A DNA stretch of 64,000 bases from Escherichia phage vB_EcoM_ESCO47, in sequence record OM386662.1; one strand, written 5' to 3'. Both the position numbers and the translations under genes were made by a program. Below, piece after piece: positions 52,364 to 64,000 of this stretch (position 1 is the stretch's first letter; the number at the start of each line of letters is the position of its first letter). The notes beneath the pieces are model-generated. The model ran no database searches. It had not been told where the DNA came from and worked only from the letters and a program-made list of their open reading frames with translations.

Positions 52364-52788
52364 TAACTTAATCCTAATGCTTGACGACGTTTAATAGCTT
52401 TTTTACGCTTACGCTGAGCACGAGCCTGACCAGATGGGTTGGCTTTTTTAGCTTTAACGACCTTACGAGCGATTTGTCTACGTTTTGCTTTAGAAAGACC
52501 CGTAGTTTGGAACGCATTACGTTCGCGAGTTTTACGGTCTTTAGTGCGGGTAATTTCACCGCGAGAAGAAACGTGTTTAACAATAAACTCATTTAGCTGT
52601 TCTTCGTTAATAATAGAAGCCATTGCGATAGCTAAATCCGTTTCAGTTTCAAGCATGTTCTCGATAATATTATTTATATCATTATTATCGAGAGCAGAAG
52701 ACAATGCATCGATACGGCCCTGTGCTTCAGGAATAAGTGCTTCGACATTTTCGAGTACTAATTCATAAGATTCAGGGATTAAATACAT
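52363..52788 (-). CDS. 68: gp68 prohead core protein
   Basis: 141-aa ORF, same length as T4 gp68; basic C-terminus; synteny. Confidence 0.75.
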   Translation of the reverse strand: MYLIPESYELVLENVEALIPEAQGRIDALSSALDNNDINNIIENMLETETDLAIAMASIINEEQLNEFIVKHVSSRGEITRTKDRKTRERNAFQTTGLSKAKRRQIARKVVKAKKANPSGQARAQRKRKKAIKRRQALGLS

Positions 52789-53021
52789 TATTCGTCCTCG
52801 TCGTCTTCGTCATCTTCCGACTCATCTTCGTCTTCATACTCATCTTCGTCTTCAGACTCATCTTCGTCTTTAGGTTCTTCGCCTTCAATCATAAATTGCC
52901 TAGCAATTTCTACTTTGCGAGCTTCAACCAAACTAGTCGCTTTCGCCGCCATCGCACTTTCAAAAAATTTACGAGCAGCAACGAGGTCGTTTGATTTAAT
53001 AGCCTGAATTAAATCGTCCAT
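52788..53021 (-). CDS. 67: gp67 prohead core protein with acidic repeat tail
   Basis: 77-aa ORF between 20 and 68; C-terminal [27 protein letters not shown]. Confidence 0.7.
   Translation of the reverse strand: MDDLIQAIKSNDLVAARKFFESAMAAKATSLVEARKVEIARQFMIEGEEPKDEDESEDEDEYEDEDESEDDEDDEDE
52801..52871 (-). repeat. 67: Tandem 18-nt coding repeat in gene 67 encoding the acidic tail
   Basis: ctcatcttcgtcttca(t/g)a repeated about three times on the plus strand. Confidence 0.7.
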
Positions 53022-54592
53022 TAAAAATCCTCTTGTTCTTGATCGGGGTCTTGGAAACGAGCCTCTTTCGACTCTTCTTCAATCTGCTTAGCCTCTTGTT
53101 CAATTTCCTCATCAGACATCTGAAGAATATCTTTCATTGCTGATCTATGAGAAATATATTTACCAATAAATGGTTCGGCCATCTGAAGCATGTTAATGCG
53201 TCGCTCCAGAATTTCAGCATCTTTTAATTCCGAGAAATAACTATCCCGATGAAATTTTATCTTAATATTATTTATTTCATCGTTCCACTCGTCTTCCGTA
53301 ATAATTCCTTTAAGAATTAAATTAGTTTTAAGCGGGTCTAGGAATATCTCTTCAAATTTATGTTGCAGCTCACGAATAAATTTACCAAATGTCAATTCAT
53401 CTCGTGTAATAGAAGTACCAGCATCAAACTGTATACCACCTTGGTCGCTTGGAATACGGGTAATAGGAATACGTAAAGCCATATAAAGCGCATTACGGAA
53501 CCAACGTACATCTTCCATATTTCCAGTATTATCTGCACCCGGTAATGTATCAACTTCTGTTACTGCTTTACCATCACGTCGTTGTAACCAATAATCTTCG
53601 GTCATCGACATAATATGCTGTTGGTTTTTAATCTTGCCTGTAGTAGCATCATATGCAATACGGTTTTTCATCGTATTCATAACATGTTGCATATGTTCTG
53701 CTGCTTTTCTTGAAGGCATATTACCTGTATCAACGTACCATACACGACGATCGGGAGCACGAGTAATACGATAAATTACGACAGCATCTTCAAGAAGTTT
53801 TAATTGGTTCGCCGGCTTAATAGCCCGATGCAAATAACCAATGATATTTTTACCACAACAATCAACTAAACCAGAATGGGCATAAACAATCGCGGCTTTA
53901 GGGATTTTTATTTTTGTGCCAGCTTCATATATGCGACCATCACAAGCATAAGATTCGTGTGATGTGTCATAAATGAAATATTCTTTATAACCCTTGACTA
54001 TTTTAACACCAGCTTCAGTGGTTGTAATAACTTCACGGACATATTGAACTTGACGTGGGTCTAAACGACGAAGCTCTTTAATACCTTCTTTAGGGCGTTT
54101 AGGGTCAATAATTTTATGGAAGAAAATTCGAGAATCTACGTACCAACGTCTAAAATGGTCTGAACCTTTACGTTGGAAAGATAAATGATTTAACACTTCG
54201 TTAAATTCATCCAACATCATTGATTTGATATTTGGACTAAATTTTGTGTTGTCTAAATTTATAGAAACGACTTCTGTATCATCTTCATACACGATAGCAT
54301 CGGAAACTATTTCAGAGACTGCATTATCCACTTCATAGTTCGTCATCAAATTTCGATACGTATCGATTAATTCACGGGTTGATTTGAGCCCTGGTTCTTG
54401 GCTACCGAACATTCTCTGAAACATAGCATTATATGTTTGCTGTGCTTCATTTTCAGATACTTCGTATTCTCTAGCACCGTCGTCTATTTTTGGAGCGGTA
54501 ATAGATTCTAAATTTTCTTTTTCTTTTTGTTGATAATCACGTTCGTCCATTTTTGCCCATGGAGCAAACAAACTTAAGATATTAAATTTCAT
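53021..54592 (-). CDS. 20: gp20 portal vertex protein
   Basis: 523-aa ORF; size matches T4 gp20 (524 aa); late promoter upstream. Confidence 0.9.
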   Translation of the reverse strand: MKFNILSLFAPWAKMDERDYQQKEKENLESITAPKIDDGAREYEVSENEAQQTYNAMFQRMFGSQEPGLKSTRELIDTYRNLMTNYEVDNAVSEIVSDAIVYEDDTEVVSINLDNTKFSPNIKSMMLDEFNEVLNHLSFQRKGSDHFRRWYVDSRIFFHKIIDPKRPKEGIKELRRLDPRQVQYVREVITTTEAGVKIVKGYKEYFIYDTSHESYACDGRIYEAGTKIKIPKAAIVYAHSGLVDCCGKNIIGYLHRAIKPANQLKLLEDAVVIYRITRAPDRRVWYVDTGNMPSRKAAEHMQHVMNTMKNRIAYDATTGKIKNQQHIMSMTEDYWLQRRDGKAVTEVDTLPGADNTGNMEDVRWFRNALYMALRIPITRIPSDQGGIQFDAGTSITRDELTFGKFIRELQHKFEEIFLDPLKTNLILKGIITEDEWNDEINNIKIKFHRDSYFSELKDAEILERRINMLQMAEPFIGKYISHRSAMKDILQMSDEEIEQEAKQIEEESKEARFQDPDQEQEDF

Positions 54593-54620
54593 TGTATTCT
54601 CCGAATGGGAATTATAGTTA

Positions 54621-54628
54621 TATTTATA
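54621..54628 (-). promoter_or_regulatory. Late promoter TATAAATA for gene 20
   Basis: Plus-strand tatttata, 29 nt upstream of the gene 20 start. Confidence 0.55.
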
Positions 54629-54676
54629 ATGGACTACTCCGCATCAGCAGGAAATGGGGATTTCTCCCCATCATAA

Positions 54677-55168
54677 TTATTCCCACCAATCGAATGCAAG
54701 AGTCACTTCAAATGTTTCAATCTCGTTATTACTATCCCAATCAAGAGATACTTCGCCTACGTTAATAGGCCACATGCCGACGATTTCAACTTCTTTAGTG
54801 ATAGTTTTAGCATCACGGGCGAATTGACGAACAACAGCAGTCTTTTTATATTCAGCCGGTTTACCACCAGTGATTTCATTGCCTTGTCCAGCAGCAATAC
54901 CCTGCCAATCAACAAATTTCTGACGAATGGTATGAGCGTCGTCATTCATTACAGTAATAGTCCAATCATCAAATGTACGGTCACCAGCGACATTGATTTT
55001 ACGGTTCATATATGAAACAGGAACCTTTTCAACAATACCAGCCGGAAGAGCAGTAGCACGACATTGGAAGCTAAAGTTTTGCCCAAGATAAGAGATTTCT
55101 ACTTCGAATAGGTTAGGGCGAGCGAAATCACCGGATTCGAAGGCGCGAGTTACGTCATCTACAAACAT
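54677..55168 (-). CDS. 19: gp19 tail tube protein
   Basis: 163-aa ORF, same length as T4 gp19. Confidence 0.9.
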   Translation of the reverse strand: MFVDDVTRAFESGDFARPNLFEVEISYLGQNFSFQCRATALPAGIVEKVPVSYMNRKINVAGDRTFDDWTITVMNDDAHTIRQKFVDWQGIAAGQGNEITGGKPAEYKKTAVVRQFARDAKTITKEVEIVGMWPINVGEVSLDWDSNNEIETFEVTLAFDWWE

Positions 55169-55240
55169 ATTAGCCTCTGTAGTATTATGGGCTCTAGATT
55201 AACCAGATGCCCATAGAATTAATTTTTAATCGATATAGTA

Positions 55241-55248
55241 TATTTATA
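55241..55248 (-). promoter_or_regulatory. Late promoter TATAAATA for gene 19
   Basis: Plus-strand tatttata, 73 nt upstream of the gene 19 start; adjacent to 8-bp palindrome ATGGCCTA...TAGGCCAT (55248-55269). Confidence 0.5.
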
Positions 55249-55280
55249 TGGCCTACGCTAATAGGCCATCAGGCTATCTC

Positions 55281-57260
55281 TTAACCCACAACACCAATCA
55301 GTTCATCGAAATCTGCACCAGTCGCAGTAGCAACAAAGTTCAGAGTGATGTAATTTATCGATCGCGACGGTTGCAAGTAGAAAGTAGCAACAAATTCATT
55401 ACGATCGATAACAGCCGGTGTGTTGTTGGTAGTATCACAGACAACTTTAAAGTTATATACACCACCGAGTGCTTTAATACCCTGCAAATACTGAGACGTT
55501 TCTGTACGGAATGCAGAACGAGTAAATGCGTTGTTCAGTTCGAACAGACGGTATTTAGAGGCATTACCAATATTGGTCTTAACCATGTTGAACAAACGAC
55601 GAACGTTAATACGATCAAATGGAGAAGGAACAGATGTAGCGGTTTTATCGCCATACAGAACAAATCCATCACCACCGGTACCGGTAACAGGGTTAATGCC
55701 TTCCTGGTATAAACGATCACGTTGTGCTTGGCGAGTTTCTATAGCCAATTTAATAACATTAAGAATCTGGCCACGATTATAACCAGCCGGAGACATCCAA
55801 GGATGAGAAATATTGTCGGTACGAGCACAAAGACCTGCGATATCAGCTGCTAACGGAACCCAACGATTCACATCGTTATATTTGTCATACTGATACTTAT
55901 AGTTACCGTCAATAGCAGCGTATGTCGAGCTTACGTTAAAGTTATTATCGGTGTATGTACCAGCAGCAGTACGCCAGTCAACAAGATTGTCAACAGCACG
56001 ATTAACAGGAACACCAACGACTGTTTCACGAGGCGGTGAGCAAAGTACCAGGCAGTCTTGACGAGAATCACCTATTGCAACAACGTGTTTCTGAACAGTA
56101 GACGCAACTTCTAAAGATTCACCTGCACAAGCACCAGCAATAAACAACTGAGCATTAACTGATTCACGGTCAGCGAAAAAATCCCACGCTTCCATTAAAT
56201 CGCCTGCTTGAACAGTTTCGTTAGAAGATAAACCGCCGCTCAATTTAATAACACCGGAAAAACCTTTCGGCCAACCCTGGGAAGTAGCGAAAATATAGTT
56301 GCTTGCTCCTTTAGCGAAGAAATCATCGATAAAGATATTGCTACCGTAAATATCACGTTCACCGCGTTTAGTAGAAAGAACTATACTCTGTACAACTGCG
56401 TCATTACGACGAACAATAATTGCGTACTGATCATCAGTTTGCGGCCCGTATCCAAAAATAGCTTTAGCGGTAGAATAACGAGTACCACCATCAGGATAAA
56501 CTTTAAGCTGAGCAGAAGCTCCTAATGCATAATCAGCTTTAGAAACTATTTCGATTTCGATCTGGTCGCCTAATTCACCTGGATAAAGAGCAACAACACC
56601 TGGAAGACCATATTTTTTAATAGCTTCCTGGAATTGAGTAGAAGTGATAGCTTCTTCGGATGTTTCGACTTCAGTCAAAAGAATCCCGGAATCAGTTACA
56701 ATAGAACCAATTGTAATAACACCGGAAATACCAGAAGAAGAGTTAGAAACTTCAGCTGTCCAGTTAGAACTTAGTGCCGGGTATTCATTAATTTCTTTAG
56801 CTTTAGCTATAATTTTAGCTGTCGGGATAAAAATGCTTAAAATTTTACCGTCCGCGTCAACTGAAGTAATAACGCCTTCACTTTCAACGATAGTAGTTGA
56901 ATATTTGACGACAATTTTTTCGCCAACCGTATAGTTACTACCAGCGGCAGAAATTGTGTATTCAATATTGCCTGCAACAGGAGAAGAGTTCTTAGCAGTT
57001 TCACGATCTACTGCACGAACAACACGAAGATCATTACCGTATTGCAGGAAGTTCATTGCCGACATAAAATAATCAGCGGTTTCGTTATTAGGAGTACCAA
57101 ACATATCAACTAACGCAACTTCATCAGTGACTTGTTTAATCTGGAATGCAGGTCCCCATTGGAATTTTCCAACCAGGGCAGCAGTACCAGTGGAGTTATT
57201 AACTACAGTACTCTGTACCGTAGTTTCTTTGAGCTCAACGCCCGGAGAGAGAAGTGCCAT
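55281..57260 (-). CDS. 18: gp18 contractile tail sheath protein
   Basis: 659-aa ORF, same length as T4 gp18. Confidence 0.95.
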   Translation of the reverse strand: MALLSPGVELKETTVQSTVVNNSTGTAALVGKFQWGPAFQIKQVTDEVALVDMFGTPNNETADYFMSAMNFLQYGNDLRVVRAVDRETAKNSSPVAGNIEYTISAAGSNYTVGEKIVVKYSTTIVESEGVITSVDADGKILSIFIPTAKIIAKAKEINEYPALSSNWTAEVSNSSSGISGVITIGSIVTDSGILLTEVETSEEAITSTQFQEAIKKYGLPGVVALYPGELGDQIEIEIVSKADYALGASAQLKVYPDGGTRYSTAKAIFGYGPQTDDQYAIIVRRNDAVVQSIVLSTKRGERDIYGSNIFIDDFFAKGASNYIFATSQGWPKGFSGVIKLSGGLSSNETVQAGDLMEAWDFFADRESVNAQLFIAGACAGESLEVASTVQKHVVAIGDSRQDCLVLCSPPRETVVGVPVNRAVDNLVDWRTAAGTYTDNNFNVSSTYAAIDGNYKYQYDKYNDVNRWVPLAADIAGLCARTDNISHPWMSPAGYNRGQILNVIKLAIETRQAQRDRLYQEGINPVTGTGGDGFVLYGDKTATSVPSPFDRINVRRLFNMVKTNIGNASKYRLFELNNAFTRSAFRTETSQYLQGIKALGGVYNFKVVCDTTNNTPAVIDRNEFVATFYLQPSRSINYITLNFVATATGADFDELIGVVG

Positions 57261-57287
57261 TTTAATTCCTCTTAATTTGCTTTATTT

Positions 57288-59601
<2,314 letters not shown>

Positions 59602-59610
59602 TTTAACCTC

Positions 59611-60432
59611 TTATTGTTTTCTAGGACCAGGCGGAGTAGGTGGTGACGGTATAGGAATATCATGAGTGTATGACTTATCAACTTCGCCATTCCAGTCTTG
59701 TACTTCAACATCTCTCGGCACAACTTCTGTGTCTACCGATTCAAAAATACTCTCGGCTGTTTCAAGTTCTCTAGCATTAGCATGAAAATCAAGATACGTT
59801 GTTTTAATAAGACCTTCAGCTTCTCCAACAGGAGGATACATCCAACCGTTTACCTCAAATGTAAGGCTCCATTCTAGTCGACGACGAGATAAATTATCCC
59901 CGTCAATTTGTTCATCCATTGATGCAGCCATCCACACTACTTTAATATCCCTTTCAAACGGAATATCTTGTCCGTATTGTTCAGTCATTGTGGTGTTAAA
60001 ATGCGGTTGGAAATACGGGATAATTTGCTCTACGATTTGAAACATGTCATCTTCATAACGAGTAAAGATGCTTAATTCAAAAATCATTTTAATTGGTGAA
60101 GGGTTATATTGGTCAACGATATCACTAGTTGATTTACTCAAAAGTGTGTTGTTCAATATATTCGTTTTAAACGTAGGGTTATAAACGAAGTCCACCATTT
60201 GGAGATTTATGCGTGGCAGAATAGTTTCAACTTTAGCCACATCTTCTTGTGAGTTTATAGAAGTCCACTTATTAAGTTTCATCATAAAGTGCTCTTTAGA
60301 TGCATAAGTAATAGGGACCCGAATTAAAGTGTTGCCTGATGATAATTGACGGTTGACTTGGATATTTGAAAACAAGTCACCCATCAGTGTAATATATCGT
60401 CTGAATGACGAGTTATAAAAATAACCAAACAT
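59611..60432 (-). CDS. 15: gp15 tail sheath stabiliser / tail completion protein
   Basis: 273-aa ORF; size and position as T4 gp15. Confidence 0.85.
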   Translation of the reverse strand: MFGYFYNSSFRRYITLMGDLFSNIQVNRQLSSGNTLIRVPITYASKEHFMMKLNKWTSINSQEDVAKVETILPRINLQMVDFVYNPTFKTNILNNTLLSKSTSDIVDQYNPSPIKMIFELSIFTRYEDDMFQIVEQIIPYFQPHFNTTMTEQYGQDIPFERDIKVVWMAASMDEQIDGDNLSRRRLEWSLTFEVNGWMYPPVGEAEGLIKTTYLDFHANARELETAESIFESVDTEVVPRDVEVQDWNGEVDKSYTHDIPIPSPPTPPGPRKQ

Positions 60433-60480
60433 TATTTCTCCTAACCGGCCTTTCGACCGGTGTTTGCTTTATCTTATTTA

Positions 60481-61242
60481 TTAATTCATGAACTCATCAT
60501 CAAATGGTGATTGTTTACCTCTGTTATTAACTACAACATACGGCTCAACAAATTCTGAGGCCTCTTTATTGATCTGATCAACTTCGGAATACTCATCAAT
60601 ATCAATATCATGAATTCCATTAAGATTTCTAACAGGATTAAGTTCAAGATCACTAAATTCAGGGATATTAATTCCATCATTTTTCTGGAGAACCGGATTA
60701 ATCTCTTCACCTGAGTAGATAAATTTACCTGCCGTAATTTTACGAATAGCGTTTTTACCGACTTGATAGAACGGGTCATATGGTTCAACCCAATTAATTT
60801 CAAACAAGCTATTGTCCATTGGGAAGTATATTAAATCACCTTCTTTAGGCTCCTGGCCGTTGACCTGATGTTTGAAAAGACCTGGGTTGATAGATAATGT
60901 AACTTCGTCTTGTACTTGCATTCCGAAGTTGCTGAAGAACGATTTCGCTCCTTCATAACCTTCAAAAGAGTTCAAATACGCTGCGAACTTCCAAGCTTTA
61001 GTGAATTTATTTTTAAGGTCTTCACCAAAAATAAGGTCCGCTGCAACATATTCACGTGGAACATAAAAACATTCTATCCCACGCATCTGTATACTTTCTG
61101 CTACTAACACATCAGCTAGGGTTTGACTATTTTCGTATTTGTTGAAGTTCACGTATTTGTTTAAAATCTCGGTTTCATTTGTCTGAGCATAACCACCGCG
61201 ATTTTCTAGTTTAGCGAATAGATTTTTATCATAAGTGGCCAT
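60481..61242 (-). CDS. 14: gp14 neck protein
   Basis: 253-aa ORF; position between 15 and 13. Confidence 0.85.
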   Translation of the reverse strand: MATYDKNLFAKLENRGGYAQTNETEILNKYVNFNKYENSQTLADVLVAESIQMRGIECFYVPREYVAADLIFGEDLKNKFTKAWKFAAYLNSFEGYEGAKSFFSNFGMQVQDEVTLSINPGLFKHQVNGQEPKEGDLIYFPMDNSLFEINWVEPYDPFYQVGKNAIRKITAGKFIYSGEEINPVLQKNDGINIPEFSDLELNPVRNLNGIHDIDIDEYSEVDQINKEASEFVEPYVVVNNRGKQSPFDDEFMN

Positions 61243-61246
61243 AGTT

Positions 61247-62173
61247 TTAACCTATCAAGATGCCTGCTGGCGGATCAAGTAAATACAATTCTTCGCGTAA
61301 AGCTTCTTTTTCTAATCGAGCTTCTTCAATTAATCTCACCCCATCTACAGTAACACCGCCGGGCAGCATCATACCCTGATGTTTAGCTAAAATTTGTCCA
61401 TTTAGTTCTTTAGCTAAAGCTGTTGCATAATCTTTAACCCAACGATTGTTATATGCACCTTGCTTCATTCCAGGATCTTCACCAACACGACGTCCGACTA
61501 AGTTGCGGTCTGGGTTATTGTATCGTTCTGAAAGAGACCAAGAATCTTGTGGTCCAACCTGTCCATAGCCTACAGTGTTGCCTACCATTTTGTGCGTCTC
61601 AATATACGAACGAACATACGATTCAACAATAATTACATCCTTTTGTCTAAAATTACCCATCACTTTTAATTGTTCGTTTGCTGCGTTAAACCAAAAATCA
61701 GGAATAGGAGCAATCATATCTTGAAGCATACCCATATATGAAACTAATTGGGAATAATAACCGAGATCCGCACCGAAAGCATTAGGTCCGTAGAATTTAC
61801 CACAATTACTTCCCATACCACCAGAAACACCTGCCATCCCGAGAAGGAAATCGGTGAACCAAGGATAAGTGGCATTACCATCCATAGATGTAATGGAGCC
61901 TACATTCGTTCTTATAATTCTTGTCACAGCAAATACATTAGACCCTCTAAGGTCGAAAACACCGTGACGATACTGTTCTTCGTTTTCAACTACAAATACA
62001 TGAAAGCCTTTGTTTAACCCATCAAAATGATATTCGCCGTAAAGTTCTAATGCTCTGGCAATACAGTCATAAATCTGGTCAGCTGTTAATTCTACGTTCA
62101 CAATTGGTGCACCTAAACGACGTAGAATTACATCTTTTAATTCTTTAGGGTTTTGAGAGTTATAACCTGACAT
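61247..62173 (-). CDS. 13: gp13 neck protein
   Basis: 308-aa ORF; size matches T4 gp13 (309 aa). Confidence 0.85.
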   Translation of the reverse strand: MSGYNSQNPKELKDVILRRLGAPIVNVELTADQIYDCIARALELYGEYHFDGLNKGFHVFVVENEEQYRHGVFDLRGSNVFAVTRIIRTNVGSITSMDGNATYPWFTDFLLGMAGVSGGMGSNCGKFYGPNAFGADLGYYSQLVSYMGMLQDMIAPIPDFWFNAANEQLKVMGNFRQKDVIIVESYVRSYIETHKMVGNTVGYGQVGPQDSWSLSERYNNPDRNLVGRRVGEDPGMKQGAYNNRWVKDYATALAKELNGQILAKHQGMMLPGGVTVDGVRLIEEARLEKEALREELYLLDPPAGILIG

Positions 62174-62205
62174 ATAAATCCTTTAGGGCCCGAAGGCCCT
62201 TTTCA

Positions 62206-63639
62206 TTAAGTTGTTGGAAGTTCAACCCATTCGCCATCTTTACGAACATAGAATTTACCGTCAGATGGAGCGTCCGCAATGTATCCAGCATCTTTAAGAG
62301 TTTGGATATCAGATTGTGCTGTAGCAAGTTCTGTTTCTAAAGTTACAACACGAGCGGTTAAATTTGCGATAGTCGTCTGTTGAGTTTTAACCGTAGGAAG
62401 AATACCGCGTTCTTCTATGGTAGAACCGTTAGGGTTAGTGCCATTGATAAGATTATTTAAAGTGACAATAGAGCCCTTAATACCTGAAGTGTTTGTACCG
62501 ACTTCAGTTTGAAGGTTCTGAACATCATTGTTTATCCCACCAATAGAACCTTCCAATTCACGAGTTCTATACAACAGAGAACCAGGCGGTTCAGAAACGG
62601 TGCCGACTATTTGGTTTAATTGAGCAACAGAATAACGAAGACCGGTTGAAGTGTCCTGTCCGACAATAGTATTCAAAGATGATATAGAATCGGTGTTAAT
62701 TTTTATTTTACCTTGGATAGTGGTAGGTAAATCATCAGCACCTATTGTAGACTCTACTGTTGTCAAACGGGATTTAATTCCGCCTGCTTCATTCAACTGA
62801 GCAGTAATATCTGCGATTTCTCTATTGTTATTATCAACTTCTGTTGCCAAAGAAGTAATGCGTGGATATGCAATAGATTCTTTGATACCATTCAAATCAG
62901 TTGTATGACTAGAAAGAGTTAAATCGATTGTGCCTAAACGGGTATAAACCGGCGTAGTAAATGCCGCACGAGGGCCCATCTCTTCACGTAAGTGTTCAAC
63001 TTCGATATTAAGAGAACCGACGTCAGAACCGGCGAATTTATTTTCTAAATCGGTCAGTCGAATACCTTGGTCGACAATAACTGATGTGTTGGTCATAATA
63101 CGACGTTTCATACCAGTACTTTCATTGTCAGGAATCGGAACACCGTTAATATCCTGTCCGGTGTATTGACCCAATTCTGTTTTAATCCAAAGCAGGTCAT
63201 TACGAACTGTTCTATAAACCGAATCTCTTTCTGGGTTATAAACACCAATATCGTCAACGATTTGGTCTATACGTTCATCAATATCATTTATTTCATCGGC
63301 ATGAATAACCGTTGTTGCTTTAAGAGATTGAATATCTTGGGTGTTTTGGCCTATCTGGGATAGTGCTTCAACATCACCTGAAACATCCAAAATATCTTTA
63401 ATAACTTCGATATCAGCATTTGCGGTATCTAAAGAAGCTGCTACGGCCTTAACATTAATAACTAATGCTTCTACGTTACGTTGAACTTCGGCTATAGGAC
63501 GATTTAATACACCTTCAGAGCCATACTTTGTTTCTGCTCCTGTTATTTCTTCATCATTTTTAATCCAATCAATACGTTTCTGACCCACGTCTGGTGGGCC
63601 GTCTACAAATGGTAATTCTACTAGTGTTATATCGGACAT
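62206..63639 (-). CDS. wac: Fibritin (whisker antigen control)
   Basis: 477-aa ORF with coiled-coil body and C-terminal foldon GYIADAPSDGKFYVRKDGEWVELPTT. Confidence 0.9.
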   Translation of the reverse strand: MSDITLVELPFVDGPPDVGQKRIDWIKNDEEITGAETKYGSEGVLNRPIAEVQRNVEALVINVKAVAASLDTANADIEVIKDILDVSGDVEALSQIGQNTQDIQSLKATTVIHADEINDIDERIDQIVDDIGVYNPERDSVYRTVRNDLLWIKTELGQYTGQDINGVPIPDNESTGMKRRIMTNTSVIVDQGIRLTDLENKFAGSDVGSLNIEVEHLREEMGPRAAFTTPVYTRLGTIDLTLSSHTTDLNGIKESIAYPRITSLATEVDNNNREIADITAQLNEAGGIKSRLTTVESTIGADDLPTTIQGKIKINTDSISSLNTIVGQDTSTGLRYSVAQLNQIVGTVSEPPGSLLYRTRELEGSIGGINNDVQNLQTEVGTNTSGIKGSIVTLNNLINGTNPNGSTIEERGILPTVKTQQTTIANLTARVVTLETELATAQSDIQTLKDAGYIADAPSDGKFYVRKDGEWVELPTT

Positions 63640-64000
63640 TATTTTACCTTAATAAGATAGTTTAAAGAAATATTCCATGGGCGGGTTTCATTTCCAATAA
63701 GCTCTTTACGATTTAGAGTGTATCTAGAATTACGTTGGCTCGCTGCGTCGATTTCATAACCATCGTTAGTGAAATACGAACGGTTGTCCCAGTCAAGACC
63801 TTTCCTAGTGCCGACAAAGTTTGAACGTCGAGTGTTACCAAATGCGCCAGAATCGTCCCATTCGCCAAAACCACCTGCGTGCTTATGATACGACATTTGT
63901 TGTTTTTGGATTTGTCCAAGGCCTGCACCTGTGCATCCTACCGCCAATCTAGGTTTACCAAATTCATCATTACCATTATCTGCAGCATTTGTTAAGGCAG
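63639..64000 (-). CDS. 12: gp12 short tail fibre, C-terminal part (N-terminus beyond window end)
   Basis: Open minus-strand frame running to window edge; C-terminal domain with HKH (HxH) motif as in the T4 gp12 receptor-binding domain. Confidence 0.8.
   Translation of the reverse strand, partial: ALTNAADNGNDEFGKPRLAVGCTGAGLGQIQKQQMSYHKHAGGFGEWDDSGAFGNTRRSNFVGTRKGLDWDNRSYFTNDGYEIDAASQRNSRYTLNRKELIGNETRPWNISLNYLIKVK

Noticed and set aside
60433-60480. Late promoter for gene 15
   Set aside because: Only a 7/8 match (AATAAATA) is present; T4 late promoters are usually exact, so it is left uncalled

Overview
This window is a near-complete 64-kb stretch of a T4-like (Tequatrovirus-type) myovirus genome, in reverse orientation to the conventional T4 map. 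All identifications rest on reading the supplied ORF translations against my recollection of T4 proteins and motifs; no database search was run. Gene order is: holin t (partial), gp38, long tail fibre genes 37-36-35-34 (minus strand); then a plus-strand early/middle block rnh, dsbA, 33, 59, 32, frd, td, nrdA, nrdB, denA, rnlA, alc, spanins, pseT, small cd.x-type ORFs, cd, 31, rIII, small 30.x-type ORFs, DNA ligase and alt; then minus-strand baseplate hub genes 54-48-29-28-27-51; divergent 26, 25, uvsY; uvsW (minus); inh, hoc, rnlB (plus); and the minus-strand late block 24, 23, 22, 21, 68, 67, 20, 19, 18, 17, 16, 15, 14, 13, wac and the 3' end of gene 12. Transcription signals follow the T4 pattern: at least nine early promoters of the GTTTAC-N17/18-TAnTAT type, MotA-box middle promoters, TATAAATA late promoters, and C(UUCG)G tetraloop hairpins acting as terminators or intercistronic structures. 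The most unusual content relative to T4 is a full-length class I DAHP synthase gene (24352..25344) lying among the early genes just upstream of cd, a candidate auxiliary metabolic gene. Other departures: td and nrdB are uninterrupted and no homing-endonuclease ORFs (segG, mobE, segD, I-Tev) are seen; an ORF in the hoc-rnlB spacer carries an in-frame TAA; the gp37 tip region has an extra 10-residue repeat. No tRNA, rRNA, CRISPR array or transposable element was found.
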